Under the pieces are notes generated by a model. The model made no database searches, was not told the DNA's origin, and saw only the letters and a list, made by a program, of their open reading frames with translations. DNA of 64,000 nt from Scyliorhinus canicula (Eukaryota), in NCBI RefSeq assembly GCF_902713615.1, contig NC_052152.1:68668818-68732817 (forward strand). Reading direction: 5' to 3'. Below, one piece after another: positions 1 to 12,660 of this stretch (its first letter is position 1; every line of letters starts with the position of its first letter). The position numbers were made by a program, and so were the translations under genes.

Positions 1-736
1 AACTGATAAGGATACAACTAAATTGAGGGGTTTAACATGTGGAATAGCCTAGTGAAGTGGAGAATAAGGTGGCATAGAATTGCAGGAGTTAAAGATACAC
101 CAGAGTGCTGGATCAGGCAAGAAAAGCTGCGTGGAACTCATTGGCTTCACAGCCACCTTTTCTCGTCTGACTTAGTGATACTTGGTGCAATTTGAGGATG
201 CTGGCAAGGAGCACACAGTCAGCTGGAGGATAGGTGCCTAAAATGTCAACAGTGCCGGGAATCTGGGATTGGGTTCTAATTTTAAAAGGTGCCCCAATCT
301 TGAAATTATGTTTAATTTCCTTCACCAAAGGACATTGGGGCCCTCGGACAGACATGGGGAATACCCCTCCTCCCAAACCCCGCACACAGAAGGAGACCCC
401 CCATGGGTAAGGCAAACACCCCCCCCCCCACACACAGAATGGGAACCTTCCAATGGAGCAGGGTAATCCCCCTGCCAATGCCCCCAACATTTCCCCTGCC
501 ATGGGCCAGGCATGTTCTCCACCCCAGGACCTACCAACCCTGGTATGGTCATAATTACTGTTTTTTGTGGATGAGTGTTACGGCGTCAAGACATTTTATT
601 TCTCTGGGCATGAAACTCATTACATCACTGGCCACTTGCAATAGTCTTCACGGGAGTTGTGCACATGGCCAGAAGGTAGGAGTTGTAAAGGAGAAATAAG
701 AATGAATGTCACTCCTACATGCTGAAAGGGGGAAAG

Positions 737-1209
737 GGGGCCGGGCCGGAAAATCCCTGCGACCGGCGCGAATCGCACCACATCATCCTGACGCCGGCAT
801 GCGATTCTCCGCAAAGCGGGAAGAGAAGGGTGGTCCGACGCCGGGGGGGTCCTCCGGTGTGGCCTGGGCCATGATCGGGGCCCACAAATCGGCGGACCGG
901 CCTTTCTGGCTGGGGGGGCTCCTTTCTTCCACGCCGGCCCCTGTAGCATATTGCGTCGGGGCCGGTGCGTTGAATGGAGCCACTGTGCATGTGTGCGTTG
1001 GCGCCGGTGCCACTGTGCATGCGCTGATCCTGCGGTGCCCAGTTGACACCGGGATCAGTAGCTGGAGCGGTGTGAACCACTCCAGTGCCGTGCTGGCCCC
1101 CTGTCGGGGCCAGAATTGTTGATCCTGAGGCCATGTTGACGCCGTCGAAAAACACAACAGTGTTTCCGACAGTGTCAACACTTAGCCTCAGGATCACAAA
1201 ATCCCGCCC
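737..1209. mobile_element. Non-autonomous PIF/Harbinger-type MITE, left end damaged
   Basis: GC-rich island ending in AAAATCCCGCCC, the complement of the GGGCGGGATT TIR of the other MITEs. Its internal sequence resembles the 20157-20828 copy. Confidence 0.65.
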
Positions 1210-1322
1210 ATATTGTGGCATATGTAAGACACGTTTGTAAGAGGGACTCCTAAGACAAGTTGTTCAGATAAGACGAGATCAATAGGAATATTAGTGGCAG
1301 AGCTGACAGGCAAAAAAGATTA

Positions 1323-4300
1323 CAGCTGACTTCCAGTGATGGGGATGTGCTGAGCAGTCACACCTCAAGTGGCTGTCCTCCAGAATACAGTAACATAGGC
1401 ATTTTTGGTCAAATTTAGCCCAAACATTCTGACTTATTCAACTCCTAAACAGAAAAGGAATAGAAGAGCAATATGCCAGCAAGCAACAGTTCAAGAAGCT
1501 TCAGGGAAGCCAGAAGCGGTGGAAAAGGGCAGGAGCAGCGAGCGAGTTGGTGTACCCACCAGGCGAGAGGTACGAGGCCATCCCAAGAGAGGGAGACCGG
1601 CGACTCAGACAACGGGCTCCCCCACCCACCTCGAGAGGGTTAGAAGACATTGCTAACCAAGGAATTAACCACGATGAAGGAAGAGATCAACAAGTAGATC
1701 CAGATGATGGTCAAGGTGGCAGAGTCATTGGTTGCCATGCAGACAGCGCTCGATGAAATGGGAAAGAAGCTGGAGGTTCACGGAAAGACAATCCAGGAAC
1801 ACAAAAAGGCATCAACTGACCAGAGCGACAGGATCATCACTCTGGAAGCAGAAATGAAAAGGTTGGTGGTGACCCAAGAGAGCCTGAAGGGGAAGGTTGC
1901 AGAATATTCGAATAGAGGGCCTGCCAGAGGGGATCGAGTGCAGAGATCCGACTGACTATGTGGTCCTGATGCTGGGCAACTTGGTTGGAAAGGACAGCTT
2001 TCCTAAGCCACCGGAGATTGACTGGATCCAGAAGTCACTCCGACCGAAGTCCAACGCCGGGGAGCAGCTGAGGGTGATAATCGGCAAGTTCCACAGGTAC
2101 CAGGATCGGGAGAGGATCCTGCTCTGAGCTTGGCAGATCAAAGCAAGCAGTTGGGAAGGACACAGAATATGGGTGTACCAAGACATTGGGGCAGACTTGG
2201 CAAAGCGCAGGGCTGAGTTTAACCGTGTAAAGTTGGCCCTGTACAAGAATGGTACAAAATTTGGGATAGTATTCCAGCCAGGCTCTGGATGACAATCCAG
2301 AATGAAGAATGCTATTTCACCACCCCAGCAGAGGTGCAGGCGAATGGCCCAGACAAAAGGCAGACAAAGCAGCAATGAGGAAGACACAGGGAGAGAAAAG
2401 GAAAAGAAAGTTACGGATATGAACAATTTTTGCACGGGATAGTAGTGCCTCACTTTGAGCAGGAGCACGAGCTCATTGGAAGAAAGGGGTGAGGGCAGTG
2501 GAGGGCAGGAATGAATGAAGAGGAGACCGAGAGAATGGCAATTTATTGGGCATAAGGAGGGGGAAAGATCACCAGGAGAAGGCTAGCCACCTGCTGGCTC
2601 ACCAGCTGAGAAAGCAGGCAGCCATGAGGGAAATAGCCCAGATAAGTGACAGCAGAGGTGGATTGCGAGCCGAAACAAAAAACGACAACAAAGCATTTGA
2701 GGCCTTCGACTGGGGACTGTACACCTCCGAGCCCTCCAAAACGGACTCGGGGATTAAACGGTTCTTCAATGGACTGGCCATACCAGTTGTGGGGGACGGC
2801 TGACAGGGGGATCTGGAAGCACCAATAGAATTGGGAGAGGTGCATGGAGAGCATCAACTCCATGCAGGCAGGGAAGGCGTCGGGACCAGTCAGATTCCCA
2901 GCGGTCTTCGACAAAATATTTGCACCGGCTCTCACCCTGCACCTGCGGGAGATGTTCACAGACTCACAATCGAGGAGCACCTTGCCTCCAAAGCTAACAC
3001 AGGCCACCATATCGCTGATATCCAAAAAAGACCGGCCAGGAGACTGGAGAACTGCATACCAGAGGTGGTCCAGACAGACGTTGTCAAGGGTAGACAGCTA
3101 ACTGCGAACATCAGACGGCTGATGAATGTGGTACTGACCCCATCCGAGGAGAGAACACCAGAGGCGATCGTCTCCCTGGAGGCAGAAAAGGCCTTCGACA
3201 GAGTCAAGTGGAAGTTTCCACCAGCCATGCTAGATGCCATTTTTAAGAGGTGGAGACAGGACGGGGGGATGCGAGTGGTTAGCGATTTGCACATGGAACA
3301 GACGTGCGGCCTGAGAAGAGCTGACAGAGAGAGTGGAACTACCGAACGGATAGGAACTCCGACATTTACAAATCAAAAACTTTCTCCGCAAGGAGATGAC
3401 AAAGTACGGGCGCCCCGAGAGACACAATGTTGGAGGAGTTAATGGATGCAGCCAATCTGGAAAAAAAGGGAACTGCGGGGACATATATACGGACAACTTT
3501 TCGAAAGGACACACTCTCCACTGGATGGAACAAGGGAGGAAGAATTGGGGACGGAAGTAGGTTGGGGACTCTGGAGTGAAGCATTGAACAGGGCCAACTC
3601 CACCTCCTCCTGCAGCTTAAAGTGGTGCACAGAGCACAACTGACTAGAACCTGGATGAACAGGTTCTTCCTGGAGGTGGAGAACAAATGTGAAAGGTGCC
3701 AGGGAAGCCTGGTTAACTTTGTCCTGGGCCTGCTCCGGTCTTGTTAGGTTTTGGACAGCCTTCTTCGAGGCAATGTCCAAGGTTATGGGGGTGAGGGTGG
3801 AACCATGCGCAAGAGTGGCAGTCTTCAGGGTATTGGACAAGCCAGAACTTCATATGGGGAAGGGGGCCGATGCCCTTGCATTTACTTCCCTTTTCACCCG
3901 TCGGAGAATCCTGCTCGGCTGGCGATCAACAGCACCACCCTCAGCCGCAGACTGGCTGGCAGATCTACTGGAATTTCGCCATCTCGAGAAGATCAAATAC
4001 ACCATCCTAGGGTCAGCAGAAGGATTACGCAAAGCATGGGGCCATTCATCAACCTGTTCCACGACCTGTTTGAAGCCAACAATGGGGTGGGCTGGTGGAG
4101 GACACATGGGAACCACCAGGGGCCACTGAAAGCAGACAGGAATGAGGAGGGGGGCAACAGGGGAGAGGGACCCAAGGAAATGCTAAAGAGTAACACAGCG
4201 ATAGACTGACATGGGAAACAGAGGGCCATCACAAAGCCTTTAGAGTAAAACAAACGCCAGAACAAACCATCTAGGTGAAGGGAAGGGCCTAGGATAGGAT

Positions 4301-4458
4301 GCAGAGATAGCAGAAAAGGGGAGGGGGGATGTGGGGGGGGGGCAAATGGGGGATGGGGAGTGCCAAAAAGGAACTACATGTAAATTGTAAATTATAACTG
4401 TTCCATCCATTTCTTGTACAGTGCAAAAATGCAAACTTTAATAAAAAAAATTATAAAT
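1323..4458 (+). mobile_element. L1-clade LINE, TSD-bounded and internally deleted (3.1 kb)
   Basis: Degraded ORF1 (NIRIEGLPEG...IIGKFHRYQDRERIL, ~1490-2330). ORF2 fragments EKASHLLAHQLRK, LPPKLTQATISLISKK, SLEAEKAFDRVKW and LLGWRSTAPP. AATAAA plus A-rich tail at ~4440. Direct repeat AAAAGATTA at 1314-1322 and 4459-4467. Confidence 0.85.
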
Positions 4459-4684
4459 AAAAGATTATATCCAGACCTAGCTGGAAGCTAAGCTCTCTCC
4501 CAAAACAAGCTGTTGCCTGGAGATTGCTTTTTTAAACCTAGTGCTTGCTACTCTAAACCAGAAGAAAACTTCCTAAAAGAATGTTGCCGGTCATGTGTAG
4601 TAATTATCAATTGATTTGGTTCTTAATGTTAAAGTCTATGGGATGTTGTTTTGGAGAGGTATATTTTCAGAGTTTAGTAAAGTA

Positions 4685-5000
4685 GAATCATAGAATCACT
4701 ACAGTGCAGACTGAGGCCATTCAGCACATTGGGTCTACACCAACCCTCTGAAAGAGCACCCTACCTCAGCAAAGTCCACCACCCTATCCCTGGAACCCCA
4801 CCCAACCTTTGCACACTAAGGGACAATTTAGAATGTTCAATCCATCTAACCTACACATCTTTGGACTGGAGGAGGAAACTGGAGTACCCAAAGGAAACCC
4901 ATGCAGACACAGGGAGATTGTACACAGACAATCACCCAAGGTTGGAACTGAACCGGGTCCCTGGTGCTGTGAGGTAGCAATGCTAACCACTGTGCCACCC
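4685..5000 (-). mobile_element. tRNA-derived V-domain SINE (HE1-like) with (GATTCTAT)n tail
   Basis: On the minus strand: GGTGGCACAGTGGTTAGCA A-box head, V-domain GGGTTTCC...CCAAAGATGTG.AGGTTAG, and a short tandem tail. Confidence 0.8.
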
Positions 5001-5069
5001 GAGCAGAGAGATTTGGAATGAAGTTAATTTCAGTATTCAGTGTGTGTCGCCAATATTATAGTTAAATAC

Positions 5070-5225
5070 TAATAATATATAAAAATTGCTTATTATCACA
5101 AGTAGGCTTCAATGGAGTTACTGTGAAAGCCCCTCGTCGCCATATTCTGGCTCCTGTTCAGGGAGGCCGGTACAGGAATTGACCTTGTTCTGCGTTACAA
5201 GCCAGTTGTTTAGCCCACTGTGCTA
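5070..5225 (-). mobile_element. Short tRNA-like SINE, second family (GCCTACTTGTGACAATAA tail)
   Basis: Shares the TTATTGTCACAAGTAGGCTTCAA...GTTACTGTGAAAAGCC block with the copies at 18184, 30149 and 62042. Confidence 0.7.
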
Positions 5226-5443
5226 TATAATTTTTGTCCTGTATTGTTGCCTTTTTTGTGTGTTTTGTAGTTTAATAAATATGTTTTTATTTGAATTTTA
5301 CAAGACTGGAAATATCATCATTGGATTTCATCTCTTTATTCACATTATACCAAACTGCAAAATAAAAAGTTGAGAACCAGTGTTTCAAGTTTCCCTTCTG
5401 AAATTTGGAATACCCTCGCAATTAACATCAGTGGGTCATAGCA

Positions 5444-6200
5444 ACGGTAAGGAAGTGGGTAGTGGCGGAGGGGTCGATGTGGGAGCGGGTGCAAGTGGCC
5501 TCATGTAGGGGCACAAGTTTAGGGGCACTGGTAACTGGTATATACCAGGGCAATGGCACCTCTGTCATTTTCGCAGGCTCAGTACTCCACAAGCCCGGTA
5601 GTAGTGGCTGCTTTGAGGTGTGGGGACAGTGGCGGAAGCATATGGGAGTGGAGGGGGCGTCGGTATGGACATCAAATTGTGGCAACCACCGCTTTGCACC
5701 GGGGAGGCTGGATGGGGGGTTTCGGCGGCGGCAGTGAGCTGGGATTGAGCAGTTTGTGGACCTGTTTATCGATGGCAAATTTCCGTGCTTGGGTGATTTG
5801 AAGTAGGAGTTTGAACTGCCAGTGGAAATAGGTTCCGCTACCTGCAGGAGAGGGACGTTATGGGGGGCAGGTTTTGACCTTTCCGCTCTTGCCGCCCCAA
5901 GGGATACAGGTCAAGGTAATGGCAAAAACGGAATGGGGGAGGGGAAGGTCTCAGAAATTTATAGAGAGCTCATGGAATGGGAGGGTGGTCCAATGGGGGA
6001 GGTGAAGCAAAAGTGGGAAGAAGAATTGGGCAGGGAATTCGAGGCGGGGTTGTGGGAGGATGCCATGAGTAAAGTCAACGCGTCCTTGTCATATGCCAGG
6101 CTCAGCTTGGTAAAATTTAAGGTGGTCCACAGAGCACATATGACTGTGGCCCGTATGAGCAGATTCCTTGAAGGGGTGGAGGATAGGTGTGGGCAGTGTG

Positions 6201-6233
<33 letters not shown>

Positions 6234-6745
6234 CGCAAATCCACATGTTTTGGGCATGTCCGAGGCTTAGGGGATTTTGGCAGGGATTTGCTGATGTCAT
6301 GTCAAAAGTATTGAAGGCACAGGTGGTTCCGAGTCCAAAGGTGGCAATTTTTGGTGAGTCAGAAGAACGGGCGTCCAGGGGATGAGAGAGGCTGATATTT
6401 TGGCATTTGCCTCCCTGGTAGCCCGGAGATGGATCTTATTGGTGTGGAGGGACTTGGATCCTTCGAAATTGGGGGTATCGGTTAGTGACATGGCCGGGAT
6501 TCTAAGAATTGAAAAGATCAAGTTCGCCTTGAAGGGATCGATGATAGGGTTTGCCGGGAGCTGATAGCCATTTATCGGCTTCTTTAGGGAAAATTAAGCT
6601 GTCAGCAGTAAGTGGGGGGGAAGTAAATGGAAAGAGTGAGGCATGGGGGTGCTGGTTGTTGGTTGGTTGGATGTTATTTGCTTTGTTGTTTTTTTCCTCT
6701 TGAAAATTGTTAAAATTATATATGCCTTAATAAAATATTTTCAAA
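5444..6745 (+). mobile_element. L1-clade LINE 3' fragment
   Basis: ORF2 C-terminus (KQKWEEELG, FKVVHRAHMT, CGQC..HMFWACP zinc-binding motif, LRIEKIKF) followed by AATAAA at ~6729. Confidence 0.8.
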
Positions 6746-6808
6746 TAACTACATCAGCGGGGTTCTTAACAGTGAAGAGCTAGGAATTAATTGTTTTGCA
6801 AATACACA

Positions 6809-7718
6809 GGACACGATCGAAAGACTATGATGCGCATGGAAGGCAGTGTGCTGCAGCACAACACGGCCGAAAGAAGCCTGGAGACGCCGCACCAGGGATC
6901 TACCCTGCTCGCCATGCCTCGCGAGATCTAATGCAATCTCGTGAGACGTAGCGATGTGAATTCCACTCATTGAGGACGGGATCGCCCTTTGGCAAATCTG
7001 CATATTAGAGTGAAGCAATTAGTCTCACTTTAATACGCAGTTTCTCAGGTAACCGAAGCGTTGCGATCTATCTCCTTTGCCTCGTAGACCTTGGCGAGTG
7101 CCGTTCAGTACTGGCCTCCACAATGGCGATCAAATGGAAAGGCACTTGTGGGGTCTCTCAGGGGTTCAGAGGCCCCCAGGTGCTTGTGCTATCGACAGGT
7201 TGGCACCCTGGCACTGCTGGTGCCACCTGGACACCAGCCTTGCAACCTGAAAATACTAGTTAAGAAACTCTTCCATAGACTCAATGATTTTATTCCTGTT
7301 GATTTTCCATATACCTGCCAAGGTGCGCAGGTTGCACTGTCAGCTGGCAGGGGCCCAGCCAGGGTAACCAGGTTGGCACTGACATTTGTCACATGACGGC
7401 AATCAGGTCAGGAGTGCTCTGCATGGGCATGTGTGTGGGGGGGTGCCTGGGGACCTCCTCGTGGTGAATTGGGGCTTCGGGGAGTCAGGGGTTGCGTCGC
7501 TGGCTCCAGAGATTGGGTCACCATTTTTAAATGCCGTCCCGATCTCTCACTACACTGAGGAGTTATGACAAGCAGAGCTGCTCAGTGCAGACAGCAGGGT
7601 GTGCGGCCTTGGCCGTGCGTTCCTCGCTGAGGTCCCCTATCTAACCGGGGACACATTAAATAGCAGGATGTCTTGGCGCTGTGATGGGACTTTGTTCCCA
7701 TTTAGTTAAATTGTGCCC
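6809..7718. mobile_element. Old Harbinger-type non-autonomous element
   Basis: Degenerate TIRs GGACACGATC and AATTGTGCCC; internal GGCACTGCC motifs shared with 8021-8870. Confidence 0.5.
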
Positions 7719-8020
7719 ATCGTTTGTGGTGCCACATCACAGTCACTGCTGTACTGCAGTCATGTGCTGAGTGACTTTCTATGAGTCCACCAGCCAAATG
7801 GAGATTGCCATGAAATACACTCATTAAAGTTCCAGCATTTTGAGTCTTAAAAACTTGCGGAAACGAAAAGACATAACGTGGTTGCAGCAGTTGCCTGTGA
7901 GTAAAAACCCTTACAATTTAAACAAAGATAATGCTGAATTAGATTGAAAAATTAACCTGAATTAGTTTTTTGTGTGAATTGTGTATAAAAAGGAAATGGT
8001 TACGACAGTAATAAACACAT

Positions 8021-8870
8021 GGGGGTAATTTTGCACCCACATCCATCATCAAGTCAACCTGCAACAAAGATGCAAAACCTCGATAGGATCGGCAAAAGGA
8101 GATTTACACCAGCGACGTCTTGTTTCCTAAATTTCCACGGCACTTGCTGGTGATATAATGAAGTTCATGCCCGCAAATCTCATTTTAATAGATTAACATA
8201 TGTTTTAATCTCATTACTGTGCCACCCCCTCGCCACATGTATATTCATATCTCATTGATATGGCACCACATCGTGAGGTTTGCAACGCGTTTGGATAAAT
8301 GAGAATCAGTCTGGGGGACTCCAGAGGTGCAAAAATAAGTATCGTCCCAGGGGAAGAGGGATGTGCGCAGGCAGTGCCTTGGCACTTTCCCTGGTACAGG
8401 TTTTCACTGCCAGGTTGGCACTGCCAGATTGGAAGTGGCAGATTTGCAGTGCCAACCTGGCAGTGCCAACTTATGCCAATCGGTGTCAGGGCAGTGCCAG
8501 GGGTAGGCCCTCTGGGGCACACCATTGGAGGTGGGGTTCATGTTGTTTGTTAGCGGAGGAGCCCCCGATGCTGATGGTGAGGGGGCGGGGGGTGGGGGGT
8601 GGTCGGAAAAGTGCCCAATGCTGATGCTTATGCTGGGGGTGGGAGGAACCGCTGGTGCTGATGCTTGTGGTGGGAGACAGAACCTCTGATGCTGATTGGA
8701 GTGGGGGGGGGGGGGGGGGAGGAGGAGATCCCCTCATGTTTGTAGAGGGAATGGCACCCTATGTCTGGAGGGGGGTGGGGGGTGGGGGAGGGGGGGGGGG
8801 GGATTGGGGAGGGGGAGGAGTTCATTTTCTGTACTGATTGGGACACTGTTTATAAAGAACATCCTGATCT
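8021..8870. mobile_element. Old Harbinger-type non-autonomous element, right end lost
   Basis: Starts CAT|GGGGGTAATTTT, with repeated GGCACTGCC/GGCAGTGCC motifs and G-runs. Truncated by a SINE. Confidence 0.4.
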
Positions 8871-9055
8871 GTGGATTGGCCATGTGAAATTGCCCTTTAG
8901 TGTCCAACGATGTGCAGGTTAGGTTGTTGGCCATAATACATGCATGGGCCTGTAGGGATAGCGTGTGGGGTGGGTCTAGGTAGAGTGCTCTTTCGTTGGG
9001 TCGGTGCAGATTAGATGGGCTGACTGGCCTCCTTCTGCACTTTAGGGACTCTACG
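8871..9055 (+). mobile_element. V-domain SINE 3' half
   Basis: GGATTGGCCATGTGAAATTGCCCTTTAGTGTCC...GGCCTCCTTCTGCAC tail. Lies tail-to-tail with the minus-strand SINE at 9060. Confidence 0.7.
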
Positions 9056-9059
9056 GTGC

Positions 9060-11646
9060 AAAAAATTGCAGAAGTCTGCACCCACCCTCTTAAAAAGCAC
9101 TCTACCTAGGTCCACCCCTTCACTCCCATAAGCCCACCTAACCTTTGCACACTAAGGGACAATCTAGCATGGTCAATCGACCTAACCTGCACGCCTATGG
9201 ATTATAGAACATCTAGAACATAGAACTGTACAGCACAGTACAGGCCCTTCGGCCCACGATGTTTTGCCGAACTAGTCTGAAACTAAGATCAAATCAACCT
9301 ACTCCCAATCATTATAGTGCACTCCATATGTCTATCCAATAACCACTTGAAAGTTCCTAAAGTGTCCGATTCCCCTACCATAGCTGGGAGTGCGTTTTAC
9401 ACCCCAACCACTCTCTGAGTAAAGAACCTACCTTTGACATCCCTCCTATATCTTCCACCATGAACCTTATAGTTATGCCCCCTTGTAACAGCTGCATCCA
9501 CCTGAGGAAAAAGTCGCTGAACGTCCACTCTATCTATCCCTCTCATCATCTTATACTTCCAATGATAAAAGCCCGAGCTCCCTCAACCTTCCCTCATAAG
9601 ACCTACCCTCTAATCCAGGCAGCATCCTGGTAAATCTCCTTTGCACCCTTTCCAATGCTTCCACATCCTTCCCATAATGAGGCGACCAGAACTGCACACA
9701 ATACTCCAAATGTGGTCTAACCAAGGTCTTGTACAGTTGCAGCATAACCTCATGGCTCTTAAACTCAATCCCCCTGTTAATAAATGTGAACACTCTATAG
9801 GCTTTCTTCACGGCTCTATCCACTTGGGTGGCAACTTTCAGAGATCTATGGACATGAACTCCAAGATCTCTCTGATATTGCACATTCTTCAGAACCCTGT
9901 AATCCGCATTCAAATTTGTCCAACCAAAGTAAATCACCTCACACTTATCAGGGTTAAACTCCACTTTTCAGCCCAGCTCTGCATCCTATCAATGTCTCTT
10001 TGCAACCTACAATAGCCTCCGCATTATCCACTACTCCACCAATCTTGGTGTCATCAGTAAATTTACTAACCCAACCTTCAACTCCATCATCCAAGTCATT
10101 AATAATAAAAATCACAAATAGCAGAGGACCCAGCACTGATCCCTGTGGTACATCGCTGGTGACTGGGTTCCAGGATGAAAATTTACCATCTACCACCACC
10201 CTCTGTCTTCTATGTGATAGCCAGTTACTGATCCAATCGGACAAATTTCCCTCTATGCCATGCCTCCTTACTTTCTGCATGAGCCGACCATGGGGAACCT
10301 TATCAAACGCCTTATTAAAATCCATGTATACAACATCAACTGCTCTACCTTCATCTATGTAGTTAGTTACCTCCTCAAAGAATATAATCAAACTTGTGAG
10401 GCAAGACTTACCCCTCACAAATCCGTGCTGCCTATCCTGGATTAAGCTGTATCTTTCCAAATAATCATAAATCCTATCCCTCAGGACACTTTCCAATAAT
10501 TTACCGATGACTGAAGTGAGACTAATCGGCCTATAATTCCCAGGGTTATACCTATTCCCTTTCTTGAACAAGGGGACAACATTCGCCTCTCTCCAGTCTT
10601 CTGGCACTATTCCTGTAGACAGTGAGGACATAAAGATCAAAGCCAAGGCTCTGCAATCCCATACTTCGCCTCCCAAAGAATCCTAGGATATATCCCATCA
10701 GGCCCAGGGGACTTATCTATCCTCAGGCTTCTCAAAATTTCTAACACATCTTCCTTCCGAATATCTACCTCCTCCAGCCTACCAGCCTGTATCGCACTAT
10801 CCTCCTCAACAACATGGGCCCTCTCCTTGTGAACACTGAAGAAAAGTATTCATTTAGGGCCTCTCCCATCTCTTCAGACTCCATGCACACATTCCCATTA
10901 CTGTCCTTGACCAGCCCTAACTTCACCTTGGTCATTCTTTATTCCTCACATAAGTGTAAAAAGTCTTGGGGTTTTCCTTGATCCTATCCGCCAAGGACTT
11001 CTCATGCCCTCTCCCAGCTCTCCTAAGCCTTTTCTTGAGCTCCTTCCTAGCTATCTTGTATCCCTCAAGTGCCCTAACTGAACCTTGTTTTCTCATCCTT
11101 ACACAAGCCCCCTTCTTCTTCTTGACAAGACATTCAACCTCTTTTGTAAACCATGGTTCCCTCACTCGACCATTTCCTCCCTGCCTGACAGGGACATACA
11201 TATCAAGGACACGCTGTATTTGCTCCTTGAACAAGCTCCACATCTCAATTGTGCCTATTCCTGACAGTTCCTGTTTCCATCTTATGCTGCCCAATTTTTG
11301 CCTAATCGCATCGTAATTACCCTTCCTCCAGTTATAAACCTTGCCCTGCCGTATGTTCCTGTCCCTCTGCATTGCTATAGTGAAAGTCACCGAATTGTGG
11401 TCACTATCTCCAAAGTGCTCTCCCACAACCAAGTCTAACACTTCGCCCGGTTCATTACCCAGTACCAAATTCAATGTTGCCCCGCCTCTTGTTGGTCTTG
11501 TGGGAGGAAACCAGAGCACCCAGAGGAAACCCACGCAGACACGGGGAGAATGCACAAACTCCACACGTTACCTAAAGCCGGTATTGAACCCAGGTCCCTG
11601 GCGCTGTGAGGCAGCAGTTCTTACCACTGTGTCACCATGCCGCCCT
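9060..11646 (-). mobile_element. V-domain SINE split by a CR1 insertion (halves 9060-9203 and ~11493-11646)
   Basis: Joining CCTAACCTGCACGCCTATGGA to TGTGGGAGGAAACCAGAGCACCC restores the sequence seen in the intact SINE at 46606-46931. Confidence 0.75.
9204..11492 (-). mobile_element. CR1-clade (HER1-like) LINE, 5'-truncated
   Basis: (GTTCTAT)n tail at 9204-9226. RT ORFs 9954-10676 ([31 protein letters not shown]), 9551-9964 and 10932-11490. Confidence 0.92.
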
Positions 11647-12660
11647 TAAAATTGGGAAGTTTTGAATAAGTATATTATTACTAAGGAACATTCTACTGTA
11701 CATTGATCTAACTGAAAAATAGCTCTATACATTTGTTGAAAAGTGATTTTCAATCATCGAAATTCAAGTATTTGCAGATGGTGTGGATTGACACTGCAAT
11801 CTGAAATGCTAATTGTTTTGTGATAAATCCACTTTTTAGATGAATTAAACAAACTTTACCAAGTTCCCACTTTTAATTAAATGATTATTATGGCTGGTTC
11901 ATCTGGAAAGATTACTAGGACAGCTCGTTTGGTAGCTGAGATTTGGATGAGAATGAGATTGAAGGAGGAGTTTTATGAATAAGGTGAGTTTGTTGACAAC
12001 AGGTGAGGAAATTGATTGAAGTTGCAGAAGGACAAAAATTATGTGTTCGCTGAGTAGAGAGATTACAGGACTAAGGTCTATACAGAAGAGGAAGGGACGA
12101 ATACAACTGATAAATCACTTTTGATGAGCATGAGCTCCTCACACTTAGTTTTTGTGTTGATGCATTCAAGGATTTGGTAGGTCTGAAAAAGCTTGGGTTC
12201 ATTCTTGTTCTCCAAGATGATCCTGGAGCAGGAAATTGTTTAGGTTATGGACATTGGTGCTGGCTAAATCTCACAAAGGTGAGTAATCCTTGTGGTGCTC
12301 ATGTTTTCCTCTTCAGACTTGAGACAGTCAAGTTAGAGCTTGAGTGTACAATATGTACACACCCAGTTGGAAAACATTTATTCTACAACACCTAACCCCC
12401 TCCCCCTCCCGCCTCCCCCCCCCCAACAGTCTCTGATCATTAGTGTACTCTGATCTACACCTCTCAAAGTTGATTAATGCCTTTTAGAAAGCTATTGAAT
12501 ATCGTTCCATGGCTTTGTTTAAATTTTTTGAATGCCTCGATGACATCATCAGCCTCCACTTCATCACGAGTCAGAACTGTAAGTGGAATTTTCCCATATT
12601 TTTCCAGAGTGTCAGGCTCCGACTGAAATCCAGCATGTAGCTCTCCAACTACACAGATTG

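Noticed and set aside
576-5443. Possible solo LTR (TGTTAC...CATAGCA) hosting the MITE, L1 and two SINEs
   Set aside because: The termini are plausible, but there is no matching TSD or second copy, so it is too weak to list as a feature.
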